DNA of 64,000 nt from the NCBI GenBank assembly GCA_934098745.1, contig CAKOPG010000008.1:6897-70896 (forward strand), given 5' to 3'. Below, piece after piece: positions 1 to 9,784 of the stretch; the first letter of the stretch is position 1; every line of letters starts with the position of its first letter. Both the position numbers and the translations under genes were made by a program. The notes under the pieces were generated by a model, which was not told where the DNA came from, searched no databases, and was given only the letters and a program-made list of their open reading frames with translations. The stretch is from an uncultured Bacilli bacterium. Lineage in GTDB: Bacteria; Bacillota_I; Bacilli_A; RF39; UBA660.

Positions 1-130
1 ACAATGGTGCTGACTTAAGAAGTATTCAAATAATGTTAGGACACGAAAACATCTCCACAACGGGAATATATACCAATGTAAGTTTAGATACAGTTAAAGA
101 AAATTATGATTTATATTATCCTAAGGGATA
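1..130 (+). CDS. tyrosine recombinase XerC/XerD family, C-terminal end (5' part outside window)
   Basis: Translation from position 2 reads NGADLRSIQIMLGHENISTTGIYTNVSLDTVKENYDLYYPKG*. It carries the conserved LGH..ISTT.IYT box with the catalytic Tyr of tyrosine recombinases. Confidence 0.7.
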
Positions 131-148
131 AATCGAAAGGAAAAAATT

Positions 149-1507
149 ATGGAATTAAAAAGAGAAATATTTAGAGAATATGATATAAGAGGAATATATC
201 AAGAAGAATTGGATGAAGAAACAGCATACTTAATAGGCAAGGCCTATGGTACAAAATTAAAGTCATACAATAAGACTAAAACCGTCGTAGCTCATGACAA
301 TAGATTGTCTTCGCCTAGTTTAAAAGAAGCTCTTGTCAAAGGACTATTAGAAACTGGTATAGATATTATTGATTTAGGACTTGCTACAACACCTATGTGC
401 TATTTTGCTGCTAATTTCTATAAAACCAACGCCAGTATGATAATTACTGCAAGCCATAACCCTAAAGAATATAATGGTTTTAAATTCTCATATAACGGTA
501 TTCATAATGCCTATGGCGATGCTGTTAGAGAAATCTATCATATCATTAAGAATAAAGAATTTTCTAAAGGAGAAGGTTATTTAGAGAAAAGAGATATTAC
601 CGAAGATTATATTAAATTAATAACCGAAAAATTATCTTTTGGTAATCGAAAGATTAAAGTAGTATTTGATTGTGGTAATGGAACTACTAGTATTATTGCC
701 AGAAAAATCTTTGATAAGTTGCCTATTGAAGCTATCCCCTTATTTGATATTTCCGATGGCAACTTTCCCAATCATCATCCAGACCCCTGTATTTATGAAA
801 ATTTAACCAAACTAAAAGAAAAAGTTTTAACAACAAATGCTGATTTAGGAATAGGTTACGATGGCGATGGTGATAGAGTAGGCTTTCTTGATGAACAAGG
901 TAACATGATTGAAGTAGATAAATTCATGATTATTATGTGGAAATATTTATATGATAAAGTAGAGAAGAAAGAATGCTTATTCGACGTTAAGTGTAGTAAA
1001 GCTCTAGAAGACGAGCTTCTTAAATTAGGTGTAAGACCTATAGAATATCGTACGGGCAATTCTTATACCCGAGCTGCTTCCGAAAGCTATGATTGCCCAC
1101 TAAGTGGAGAATTATCAGGACATGTCTATTTTCGCGATAAATTTCCTGGATATGATGACGGAATATATGCCGGCATGCGCCTAATAGAACTTTTATCACA
1201 TACGGATAAACCATTATCTAGAATGTTAGATGGTACAACTTCATATTTTTCAACCCCAGAAATTAAACAACATGTTAGTGACGATGAGAAATTTAAAGTA
1301 GTAGAAAAAATGAAAGAGTATGTTTTAAGTAAAGGCTATCGTATGGTTACCATTGATGGCGTTAAAGCCAAGTTTGATGATGGCTTTGCTTTGGTTAGAG
1401 CCTCAAATACTGGTCCAAATATTACCATGCGTTTTGAAGCAAAAACCGCAGAAAGACTTGAAGAAATTAAAAATGAGTTTTTAACAGAGCTTAACAAATA
1501 TATTTGA
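149..1507 (+). CDS. alpha-D-phosphohexomutase (phosphomannomutase/phosphoglucomutase type)
   Basis: 452 aa. TASHNP phosphoserine loop, GYDGDGDR metal-binding loop and GELSGH sugar loop. Substrate specificity cannot be set from sequence alone. Confidence 0.85.
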   Translation: MELKREIFREYDIRGIYQEELDEETAYLIGKAYGTKLKSYNKTKTVVAHDNRLSSPSLKEALVKGLLETGIDIIDLGLATTPMCYFAANFYKTNASMIITASHNPKEYNGFKFSYNGIHNAYGDAVREIYHIIKNKEFSKGEGYLEKRDITEDYIKLITEKLSFGNRKIKVVFDCGNGTTSIIARKIFDKLPIEAIPLFDISDGNFPNHHPDPCIYENLTKLKEKVLTTNADLGIGYDGDGDRVGFLDEQGNMIEVDKFMIIMWKYLYDKVEKKECLFDVKCSKALEDELLKLGVRPIEYRTGNSYTRAASESYDCPLSGELSGHVYFRDKFPGYDDGIYAGMRLIELLSHTDKPLSRMLDGTTSYFSTPEIKQHVSDDEKFKVVEKMKEYVLSKGYRMVTIDGVKAKFDDGFALVRASNTGPNITMRFEAKTAERLEEIKNEFLTELNKYI

Positions 1508-1589
1508 TGATAAAAATATGTCGTGTCAAAAATAAGTCAAGTTATGTTAAAAGTATTGTATTAATAAATAGATATGTTATAATTAAAAT

Positions 1590-1775
1590 ACCTGAAGGAT
1601 ACGACAACTATTTATAAAACCGACAAAGATATATTTAGGGAATCTAATGTTTTGTATGTGTTGAACGCTTAATCATTTTATTAAGAATCCTAATTACAAA
1701 GCGGTGATTACCCACCTGTGTGTTAACGCGCGGGTTTTATCTCCTTAGTATCGGTTCTTTGGGTAAAATTAAATG
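1590..1775 (+). ncRNA. ssrS: candidate 6S RNA (structured ncRNA upstream of tcdA)
   Basis: The 315-bp gap has no ORF. Promoter TTGTAT-N16-(TGt)TATAAT has its -10 at 1578..1583. 5' ACCUGAAGGAUAC can pair with 3' GUAUCGGUUCUUUGGGU as a closing stem. There is an internal hairpin CUUAAU-CAUUUU-AUUAAG and an AACGCGCGGG element resembling my recollection of B. subtilis 6S-1. A perfect 12-bp hairpin lies at 1777..1804. B. subtilis 6S-1 (bsrA) lies next to yrvM/tcdA. Ends are approximate. Confidence 0.4.
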
Positions 1776-1821
1776 TAAAGAGATAATTTTATAATTATCT
1801 CTTTAATTATATGGAGGAAGT

Positions 1822-2493
1822 ATGTTTGAAAGAGTGGTCTCTTTAGTAGGAGAAGAAAATTATAACAAAATTAAAAGTAAAACAGTTTTAGTTGTAGGAC
1901 TTGGTGGTGTTGGTGGTTATGCCGTGGAAACCCTTGTAAGAAGCGGTATTGGGACAATTGTAATAATAGACCATGATAAAATAGATAAAAGTAATCTGAA
2001 TAGGCAAATAATTACTAATAATGCAAATATTGGCCGTGAAAAAGTAGTTGAATGCTTAAAAAGAATTAAAAGCATTAATCCAGATTGTTTAGTATATCCC
2101 CATAAGTTGTTTTTAGGTATAAATAATATAAATATTCTAGATAATTATAAGTTAGATTACATTGTTGACGCCTGCGATTCCGTTGCTACCAAAAAACTAC
2201 TAATAGATTATTCACTAGAACATAACATTAAACTTATTGCTAGTATGGGTACCGCCAATAAAATAGAGCCAAGCAAGTTGACAGTTACTGATATTAGAAA
2301 AACTTCTTATGATCCACTTGCTAAAATATTAAGGAAATACGTAAATAACAAAAAGACCAATAAAAAAGTAATGGTTGTATCATCGACTGAAAAACCAATT
2401 CGTACAGATTGTTTATCTAGTTTAGTCTTCGTTCCGGCTACATCTGGCATACTATGTGCCAATTATATTATCAAAGATATAATAAAAAAATAA
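1822..2493 (+). CDS. tcdA: tRNA threonylcarbamoyladenosine dehydratase (ThiF/MoeB-family, YrvM/TcdA-like)
   Basis: 223 aa. N-terminal VVGLGGVGG dinucleotide-binding loop, DxDxxxxSNLNRQ motif, and the size typical of TcdA. Confidence 0.7.
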   Translation: MFERVVSLVGEENYNKIKSKTVLVVGLGGVGGYAVETLVRSGIGTIVIIDHDKIDKSNLNRQIITNNANIGREKVVECLKRIKSINPDCLVYPHKLFLGINNINILDNYKLDYIVDACDSVATKKLLIDYSLEHNIKLIASMGTANKIEPSKLTVTDIRKTSYDPLAKILRKYVNNKKTNKKVMVVSSTEKPIRTDCLSSLVFVPATSGILCANYIIKDIIKK

Positions 2494-2510
2494 AGGACTT
2501 TTATAGTTCT

Positions 2511-4097
2511 TTATTTTTCTAAATATGCGCTAAATTCAATAATATTATTCGTTTTTCTACGTGCAATATATTTTTTTTCTTTCAATTGGTTTAATTTATA
2601 AGCTGCTGCTGCTTTAGCACTATCGTATATTCTTTCATTAGAATTAATACTTCTGATAACATCATTAAGCGTTAAATAATCACGATCTTGTACAATAGGA
2701 TAGGCAAATGATTTAGAAATTATTTGTTTTAACAAACTAGGATTACCTTCCTTATCATCATACTTACGGTGTCTTTCACTAGTTAATTCTACTAATATTT
2801 CCAAAACGTCTTCTAAATTATCATTTATTTCTTCTAAAGAAATATTTTTCTTATTAGCAATATCTATCATAATATTTGTACCAATATCTATCAATGAAAC
2901 ATCATCAGGTTCCTTAATTCTTACTACATCAAACCTTCTTTTCATAGCTGTTCCGGCCATAAATTTTTGGTATTCCACATCAGTAGTAGTACCAATAACC
3001 TTAAGTCCTTGTCTATCTATATATGGTTTCATTATCGTAGCTAAATCATTATCCTTATCTTTACCAGAAATACCGGCTCCATACATTCCATGAATTTCAT
3101 CAATAAATAAAATAGCTCCACTTTTAACACACAACTCTAATATTTCTTTAACTCTTTTTTCAAAGTCACCACGATAGGTTGTTCCTGCCACTAAATCATT
3201 AATTGAAGCTTCTACTATTACTTGGTTCCTTAAAAATTTTGGAACCATATCATTTTGAATTAAATAGGCCAGTTGTTCCACAATAGTAGTTTTTCCACAC
3301 CCCGATGGTCCTACAATTAAAGCTCCTTTATTATCTTCAGATAAAGCATAAATTAATTCTTCTACTTCAGCATCTCTATCATAAGCCGGTGGATATGTGA
3401 ATTCTTGTTCCGTTAAAATAGTACAATACTTTTTAAAATTATTATTTTCATATTCATTCAAAATCGGGCGCCTCCTTTTTTTTGAATTATTGGCTATATT
3501 TTCATCCGTATTTTGACTAGCCCATTTCTCTTGAAGAGAATTCAATTTATTTCTAATAGCAATCATATTTTCTCTAGAAGCCGAAACACTTGGCAATACT
3601 AATTCTTCAAGTGGTTCATAACTAAATACTTCTTTCCATAAATTAAAATTATATTCATCCAGAATGTCTATAAATTTTAGTAAAGAATCATATGGATAAT
3701 GCATTAAACCATAATATAATAATGTTTGGCCATATTTATTATAGGTATTTATATCAAATCCACATTTAATTGCCGCACTTATAGTAAGCTTAAATACCAG
3801 TATATTATATTTTTCATCTCCAATTAGTAAATGAATAAAAGAATTATCTAATGAATTTAATTTACACGGATCAACTTTATTTTCTAAAAGTGCTAATAAA
3901 GCTGTATATTTAGTAGTAACATCATTATATCTTTGATAATTAGCAACTAAATGTAAAATTGTATTTCCATATTCATCAGTATAGTCTAAATGCCCAAAAT
4001 ATTTTTTAAACAATTCAATGATTTTCCCATTACTTTGGCATGTTTTTGATAATATTATCCCTATTTTTTCTCTATCACTTGAAGCCACGCATATCAA
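2511..4097 (-). CDS. AAA+ ATPase with a Clp D1-type module fused to N-terminal ankyrin repeats
   Basis: 528 aa. GNTILHLVA-type ankyrin repeats in the first ~150 aa. Walker A GPSGCGKTT, Walker B ILFIDEIH, and an RRFDVVRIKEP sensor motif resembling ClpA/B/C D1 (RRFQ.V.V.EP). No D2 module. Confidence 0.7.
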   Translation of the reverse strand: MICVASSDREKIGIILSKTCQSNGKIIELFKKYFGHLDYTDEYGNTILHLVANYQRYNDVTTKYTALLALLENKVDPCKLNSLDNSFIHLLIGDEKYNILVFKLTISAAIKCGFDINTYNKYGQTLLYYGLMHYPYDSLLKFIDILDEYNFNLWKEVFSYEPLEELVLPSVSASRENMIAIRNKLNSLQEKWASQNTDENIANNSKKRRRPILNEYENNNFKKYCTILTEQEFTYPPAYDRDAEVEELIYALSEDNKGALIVGPSGCGKTTIVEQLAYLIQNDMVPKFLRNQVIVEASINDLVAGTTYRGDFEKRVKEILELCVKSGAILFIDEIHGMYGAGISGKDKDNDLATIMKPYIDRQGLKVIGTTTDVEYQKFMAGTAMKRRFDVVRIKEPDDVSLIDIGTNIMIDIANKKNISLEEINDNLEDVLEILVELTSERHRKYDDKEGNPSLLKQIISKSFAYPIVQDRDYLTLNDVIRSINSNERIYDSAKAAAAYKLNQLKEKKYIARRKTNNIIEFSAYLEK

Positions 4098-4176
4098 CTC
4101 CTCAAATATGTTTGATATTTTAACATAAAGTTAATTATTTGTAAAGAAAAAATCTGAACGCTTTCATTCAGATTGA

Positions 4177-4446
4177 TTATTTAGTTTCCATTTTGTTTAC
4201 TTTTAAAGTTAAACGAGATTTTTCTCTATCAACTTTGTTTCTATGTACAAGTCCTTTAGATTTAGCATTATCTAAACTTTTAATAGCTAATTTTAAATGT
4301 TTTTCTGCTAATTCCTTATTACCAGCTAATACAGCTTTATCAGTATTCTTAATAGCATTCTTAACTGTTGACTTTAATTGCTCATGAGCCTTAGTAGTTT
4401 TTTCGATTTGTTTAATTTTTTTCTTTGCATTTTTAACATTTGCCAT
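4177..4446 (-). CDS. rpsT: 30S ribosomal protein S20
   Basis: 89 aa, basic. MANVKNAKKKIKQ... N-terminus typical of S20. Conserved rpsT-gpr-spoIIP neighbourhood. Confidence 0.95.
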   Translation of the reverse strand: MANVKNAKKKIKQIEKTTKAHEQLKSTVKNAIKNTDKAVLAGNKELAEKHLKLAIKSLDNAKSKGLVHRNKVDREKSRLTLKVNKMETK

Positions 4447-4551
4447 TTATAATTCATCTCCTTCCGATACACATTTACCATTTTATCAAAAAAAACTTAA
4501 AAAATCAAATAAAATTCACTATTTTTGTAAAAAATATATATAGGTGAAATA

Positions 4552-5526
4552 ATGGGTAAAATAGATTTAAGTAAATTTAATATAAGAACTGATTTAATTA
4601 TTGAAAATAATACTTTAGAACATGAAGAAATACAAAAAGACAATATGACTATTACTAAAACCATCAAAGATGGTTATTACATAACTCTCTCATTTCAAGA
4701 TATTACTGATTTTGATTATCGTGAGTTAGTTGGTAAGAATCTAGAATTAATCATTAAAGATATCTTAAAAATCAATAAAATAAAAGAAAATGACAGTTGT
4801 TTAATAGTCGGCCTAGGTAACAGTTTATCAACTCCCGATAGTTTAGGCCCTAAAACTTTAAAGGATATTACCGTAACTAATCATTTATTTACTTATGGTC
4901 ATGTCAAAGATGGCATCAGAAGAACCTTTGTCTTTGCTCCCGGTGTTATGGCTAATACCGGTATGGAAACATCTACCACCATTAAAGCCATTATCCAAGA
5001 AATTAAACCAGGTTTTGTCATAGTTATTGATGCCTTGGCTAGTAAGTCTGTCGATAGAATAAATAAAACGATCCAGATAACCGATACCGGAATACACCCT
5101 GGCTCTGGAGTAGGTAATAACCGTGTAGAAATAAGTAAAAAAACTATAGGTATTCCGGTAATAGCTATAGGCGTACCTACCGTTACTACGGCCAAAACTA
5201 TAGTAATGGATACGATTAACTACCTATATAAACATATTTCCTATATCAAAAATAATGCTAGTATTAATAAACTTACCTATCATAAAACTAATTATAAAAA
5301 TAAAATCAGTAAATTAGACTTAACTAAAGCAGAAAAAAATGACCTCTTAGGATTATTTGGGACTCTCAGTGATAAAGAACAAAGTAGTTTAATTGAAGAA
5401 GTCCTAGTAAACTTAGATCTTAACTTAATAGTAACTCCTACCGAAATAGACTTTTTAATAGACAAATTAAGTAATATGATAGCATCTTCCATAAATAGAG
5501 CCTTACATCGACAAATAAATCACTAA
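4552..5526 (+). CDS. gpr: germination protease (spore endopeptidase GPR)
   Basis: 324 aa. IRTDLIIE, VGLGN...TPD.LGP, IDALA..S..R.N.TIQI.DTGI.PGSGVGN and IPVIAIG.PTV blocks match the GPR family. Confidence 0.9.
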   Translation: MGKIDLSKFNIRTDLIIENNTLEHEEIQKDNMTITKTIKDGYYITLSFQDITDFDYRELVGKNLELIIKDILKINKIKENDSCLIVGLGNSLSTPDSLGPKTLKDITVTNHLFTYGHVKDGIRRTFVFAPGVMANTGMETSTTIKAIIQEIKPGFVIVIDALASKSVDRINKTIQITDTGIHPGSGVGNNRVEISKKTIGIPVIAIGVPTVTTAKTIVMDTINYLYKHISYIKNNASINKLTYHKTNYKNKISKLDLTKAEKNDLLGLFGTLSDKEQSSLIEEVLVNLDLNLIVTPTEIDFLIDKLSNMIASSINRALHRQINH

Positions 5527-5558
5527 TTAATGTATATAATTTATTAAAAGGTGATAAT

Positions 5559-6548
5559 ATGGGCCATATGAAATTAAAAAAAATACCCAAAAGAAAAAAA
5601 ATTAAAGGAATAATTCTCATAATAGTAGTATATTTATCATTTGCCTATACTTTTTATTATTCCTTTAAAAGTAATCCACGTATTATGAATGAAGAATTTA
5701 TTAATCATTTATTAGATAGTGGTAATACCCTTATGGTAAATAACTATAAGTTACCTAAAATAATTAATAAAACGATTAATTTTCTACTAAAAATAGATAT
5801 AACCAAACCAGATACCTTATTTAATAATACTATTATTAGTTATAATACTGCTGAAGAAGATAACTATAGTAATTTAGAATATTTAAAACAAGTTAGTTAT
5901 TATATGGAAGATCCAAATAAAGTAGATATACAAAATCCTATTGTCTATATTTATAATTCTCATCAATTAGAAAATTATAATAATAATAACTTAGAAATAT
6001 ATGGTATCACCCCCAACGTCCTAATGGCTAGTTATTTACTTAAAGAAAAACTTAACCAAAAAGGTATCTCTTCTATAGTAGAAGATACCAATTTAACAGA
6101 ATTTTTATCCTTAAATAATTGGGATCATTCTAATTCGTATAAAGCTAGTAGAATATTTATATTAGATAAAAAAAATACTTATCCTTCATTAAAATATTAT
6201 ATTGATTTACATAGAGATTCTGTTGGTAAAAAAATAAGTACAGTTAGCATAAAAAGCAAAGATTATGCCAGAATATTATTTGTAGTAGGCTTAGAGCACG
6301 ATAATTGGAATTCTAATTATAATTTAGCTAACGATCTTAACAATTTATTTAATGATAAATATCCCGGACTAAGTAGAGGAATCTTAAAAAAAGAAGGTCC
6401 AACTGTAAATGGTATATATAATCAAGATATTAGTACTGGCAGTATGTTAATCGAAGTAGGCGGCGTAGATAATAATATTTCTGAAGTAATGAATACTCTT
6501 AACGCTATATGTGATGTTCTATCTACTTATATAGGTGATAAAAATTAA
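5559..6548 (+). CDS. spoIIP: stage II sporulation protein P
   Basis: 329 aa. N-terminal membrane anchor, IYNSHQLE.Y and IDLHRDS blocks, GGVDN near the C-terminus. Sits directly after gpr as in Bacillus/Clostridium. Confidence 0.8.
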   Translation: MGHMKLKKIPKRKKIKGIILIIVVYLSFAYTFYYSFKSNPRIMNEEFINHLLDSGNTLMVNNYKLPKIINKTINFLLKIDITKPDTLFNNTIISYNTAEEDNYSNLEYLKQVSYYMEDPNKVDIQNPIVYIYNSHQLENYNNNNLEIYGITPNVLMASYLLKEKLNQKGISSIVEDTNLTEFLSLNNWDHSNSYKASRIFILDKKNTYPSLKYYIDLHRDSVGKKISTVSIKSKDYARILFVVGLEHDNWNSNYNLANDLNNLFNDKYPGLSRGILKKEGPTVNGIYNQDISTGSMLIEVGGVDNNISEVMNTLNAICDVLSTYIGDKN

Positions 6549-6864
6549 AAAAAGCACTTTAAAACTTATCTTGATTATCATTATTTTAATATATATATCT
6601 TCTTACTATATTGCTAATTCTGGTTACTATGAATATGATTTGCAAAGAAGAACTGTTCTTACTAATGAAAAAATAAAAGAATTTGAAGAAGATGTAAAAA
6701 ATAATAAAGATATTGATGTAAAAAATTATTTAGAAAATGAAGAAACAGATTATTCAAATAAAATTACTGATATTGTATATAATTCATCCGATAAAGGTAC
6801 TAAATTAGTAAGAAAACTAGTAAAATATGTTTTTAAGAAAATAGGTGATTTAGTAGAAGACTAA
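6535..6864 (+). CDS. small membrane-anchored protein, YqxA-like by position
   Basis: 109 aa with one N-terminal TM helix. It occupies the slot after spoIIP that yqxA holds in B. subtilis. No motif-level support. Confidence 0.45.
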   Translation: MIKIKKSTLKLILIIIILIYISSYYIANSGYYEYDLQRRTVLTNEKIKEFEEDVKNNKDIDVKNYLENEETDYSNKITDIVYNSSDKGTKLVRKLVKYVFKKIGDLVED

Positions 6865-7591
6865 TTATCATAAAAATAAACCCAATCACAAAGAATAATC
6901 TAGCACTCTTATTATTATAATCTTTCCCTGTAGGCAGTAATTTACTAAATGATATCTGAATCATTATTCCCGCAATAAAACTAAATAATAACCCTAATAC
7001 CATATCATTTACATATTTTCCTATAAACAAATAAGTAATTATAGCTCCCACTAATTCTGATAAAGCCGATATTAAAGTATATAAAATAGCTTTGAATTTA
7101 CTTTTCGTAGAATAATATATTGGAATAGCTATACTGATACCTTCTGGTATATTGTGCAAAGCAATAGCTATACATATAGATAAACCCAACATAATATTCT
7201 TATTACTTACTATAAAAGTAACTATACCTTCTGGTATATTATGAAGAATAATGGCTATCATCGATAAAATACCTACTTTAAATAAACTGTTTCCTTCGCT
7301 ATATTTATCTACTGTTTTATCAAGTATCATTGAAATAATAACACCAATCATTAAAGCTATAAAAATTATTACAATAAGTAATATTCCATTATAATTATTT
7401 CTTAAATAATTAAATGATTCTGGTATTAAATCAAAAATAGATACACATACCATAACTCCCGAAGCAAAAGCACAAGCTGAAGCTATCAACTTATCTTGAT
7501 TTTTAAATTTAACAAAAATAGGTATCGTGCCAATCATCGTAGCTAAACCAGCTAAAGTAGTCAATATAAATGGTATAAACATATAAATCAC
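6833..7591 (-). CDS. zupT: ZIP-family zinc/metal transporter
   Basis: 252 aa, polytopic. Duplicated HNIPEG motifs are diagnostic of ZIP/ZupT transporters. Confidence 0.85.
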   Translation of the reverse strand: MIYMFIPFILTTLAGLATMIGTIPIFVKFKNQDKLIASACAFASGVMVCVSIFDLIPESFNYLRNNYNGILLIVIIFIALMIGVIISMILDKTVDKYSEGNSLFKVGILSMIAIILHNIPEGIVTFIVSNKNIMLGLSICIAIALHNIPEGISIAIPIYYSTKSKFKAILYTLISALSELVGAIITYLFIGKYVNDMVLGLLFSFIAGIMIQISFSKLLPTGKDYNNKSARLFFVIGFIFMIISLLLNHLFS

Positions 7592-7622
7592 CTAATTAAA
7601 TATATGAAATATTCGTCTATTA

Positions 7623-7651
7623 TTGACAAAACCTTCTTAAAAAAATATAAT
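7623..7651 (+). promoter_or_regulatory. perfect consensus sigma-A promoter for CDS 7673..8596
   Basis: TTGACA (7623..7628), 17-nt spacer, TATAAT (7646..7651). A GGAGG RBS and the ATG at 7673 follow. Confidence 0.7.
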
Positions 7652-7672
7652 TAAATTACATGGAGGTTTTGT

Positions 7673-8596
7673 ATGAAAAGAGAAGAAATAAGAAAAGATT
7701 TTAAATTTTATGATAAATGCCTTAAATATGGCTTAGATTGGCCAAATTATAAAGTTTGTTATTTTGCTGAAGATGATTACGTTATTTACTTTGAAGATTC
7801 TTCAAAGAATATGATAACTTTGTTAGATAAAAATTATAATATTTTTTGTATCTCTAATAACAAGGATTTAAGTCAAACTATTGAAAGCAAAACTTTCGGA
7901 ATAAATCCAGAAACATATGCTTTTATTCAAAAAAAATATCAAGAATATTGTGAATTAACATTTGCCGGTTTTGCATATAAATATGGAATATCTCCATCAT
8001 CTTATCATCCATTTTCAACTTTTTCTTTAAAAGATATAATGGATTTATCTGCCCATACCTTATTTTTAGCCGATGATAAGAATTCTAAAATGCTCGTTGA
8101 CAGAAAACTAGTATGTGGAAAAGAAGATGAAAATTATATTGGTATGCTTTGTTATGTAAACTTTTTAAAATCACTTATCGAAGAATTCCATATTAATGAA
8201 TATCATTTTAAATCTCTAGGATTTGATTATCCAAACATTTATTTTTATTTAAGAAATATGATTAGAAATATTGATACATGTACATTACCTGAAGATCTTC
8301 TAAAATATCTTGGTAAATATGATAGAGAAGCCGTTGCTAATTATCGTGCTTTACTATCTAAAATAATAAATACGATATCAGAAGAAAATAAAGGAGCAAA
8401 AATCAGCCGTGAGACCGTTCCAAGTAATGTGGCTAAAGATATCGATTTATCTTTGATGAGTCAAGAACTTTTAAAAATATTAGATGAAGAAGAAAAAAAG
8501 ACCGTTTCCGCCTCTAAAGCCTATGAAATAGAACGTATCAACCTTTCTTCTTGGCTTAAAACAAAAACCAGAAGAAAAACAAAATATTTTAAGTAA
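7673..8596 (+). CDS. hypothetical protein
   Basis: 307-aa ORF with strong promoter, RBS and a downstream hairpin terminator (tccatacta-cta-gtatgga plus T-run, about 8600..8630). No recognisable motif. Confidence 0.6.
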   Translation: MKREEIRKDFKFYDKCLKYGLDWPNYKVCYFAEDDYVIYFEDSSKNMITLLDKNYNIFCISNNKDLSQTIESKTFGINPETYAFIQKKYQEYCELTFAGFAYKYGISPSSYHPFSTFSLKDIMDLSAHTLFLADDKNSKMLVDRKLVCGKEDENYIGMLCYVNFLKSLIEEFHINEYHFKSLGFDYPNIYFYLRNMIRNIDTCTLPEDLLKYLGKYDREAVANYRALLSKIINTISEENKGAKISRETVPSNVAKDIDLSLMSQELLKILDEEEKKTVSASKAYEIERINLSSWLKTKTRRKTKYFK

Positions 8597-8741
8597 AATA
8601 GTCCATACTACTAGTATGGATTATTCTTTTTAAAACTGGTAATATTTAACAGTTAATAAATCTAAGGAAGCCAATTTTTACATCTTATAAATTGTTCTAT
8701 CTCGTAAAGATTAATAATGTAGTCTTAAGGAGTGATAGACT

Positions 8742-9713
8742 ATGAAAAAATTTCCTCTATTTATGCTTATTCTAACTATTTTAATTCCTTTCCAAGTAAA
8801 CGCATATTCAGATTACATCTTAGCATCTGGTGAAAATATTGGTATTGAGTTAAAAGCTAACCATATTATAATAGTAGGTTCATATGATATTTCCGGCCAT
8901 AATCCACTCACAGAAAATGGTCTAATATTAGGCGATCAAATTTTAAAAGTTAATGGTAAAACTGTAACTAAAATATCCGATTTGCAAAACATTGTAAATG
9001 AAAGCAACAAAGAAACTATTGAGATTACTTATTTAAGAGGTAATACTGAATATACCAAAAATATTAAATTATATTTAGAAGATGGTACATATAAAACTGG
9101 TTTATATGTAAGAGACACTATAAGAGGTGTAGCTACACTTACTTATATCGACGTAGAAAATAAAACCTTTGGTGCTCTAGGACATGAAATACTTGAAAAA
9201 TCTACTAAAAGTAAATTTGAAGCTAACGATGGGACTATCTTTAAATCTACCGTAACTGGCATAATTAAGAGTCAAGATGGTTCACCAGGAGAAAAAAATG
9301 CTCGTAGCGATTCATCTAAGGTATATGGTGAAGTTTTAGAAAATACATCCTCTGGAATATTCGGAAACTATACTAGTAGCATTCCTAAATCTAAATTGTA
9401 TAAAGTCGCCACCTCCGATGAAATTAATTTAGGAAAAGCTAAAATACTTACAGTTATAGATGACAACGATATTCGTGAATTTGATATTAATATTCTAAAA
9501 ATAAACAAAAACTCCACCAGCAAGAATATTCTATTCGAAGTAACCGATGAAGAATTGCTCCAAAAAACAGGTGGTATAGTGCAAGGAATGAGTGGTAGTC
9601 CAATAATTCAAGACAATAACATAGTAGGTGCAGTCAACTTTGTATTAGTAGATAAGACAAATAAAGGATACGGAATATTTATAACAAAAATGTTAGAAGA
9701 AGCTGAAAACTAG
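8742..9713 (+). CDS. spoIVB: SpoIVB signalling serine peptidase (S55)
   Basis: 323 aa. Signal/anchor peptide, PDZ segment GDQILKVNGKTV, GALGH and GIVQGMSGSPII catalytic-serine blocks. Confidence 0.85.
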   Translation: MKKFPLFMLILTILIPFQVNAYSDYILASGENIGIELKANHIIIVGSYDISGHNPLTENGLILGDQILKVNGKTVTKISDLQNIVNESNKETIEITYLRGNTEYTKNIKLYLEDGTYKTGLYVRDTIRGVATLTYIDVENKTFGALGHEILEKSTKSKFEANDGTIFKSTVTGIIKSQDGSPGEKNARSDSSKVYGEVLENTSSGIFGNYTSSIPKSKLYKVATSDEINLGKAKILTVIDDNDIREFDINILKINKNSTSKNILFEVTDEELLQKTGGIVQGMSGSPIIQDNNIVGAVNFVLVDKTNKGYGIFITKMLEEAEN

Positions 9714-9784
9714 GAATTACTCCTAGTTTTCTATTACGACATTTTTTTTAATATATATCCACTATAATATTTATTGGTGATAAG

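Noticed and set aside
1508-1821. T-box or riboswitch leader for tcdA.
   Set aside because: No T-box sequence (the conserved GGUGGNACCGCG-like element) and no recognisable riboswitch core. The independent promoter plus long closing stem fit a stand-alone sRNA better.
7592-7672. Looked for a Zur box upstream of zupT.
   Set aside because: No convincing TCGTAAT-N-ATTACGA-like palindrome is present. The region is dominated by the divergent consensus promoter of 7673..8596.
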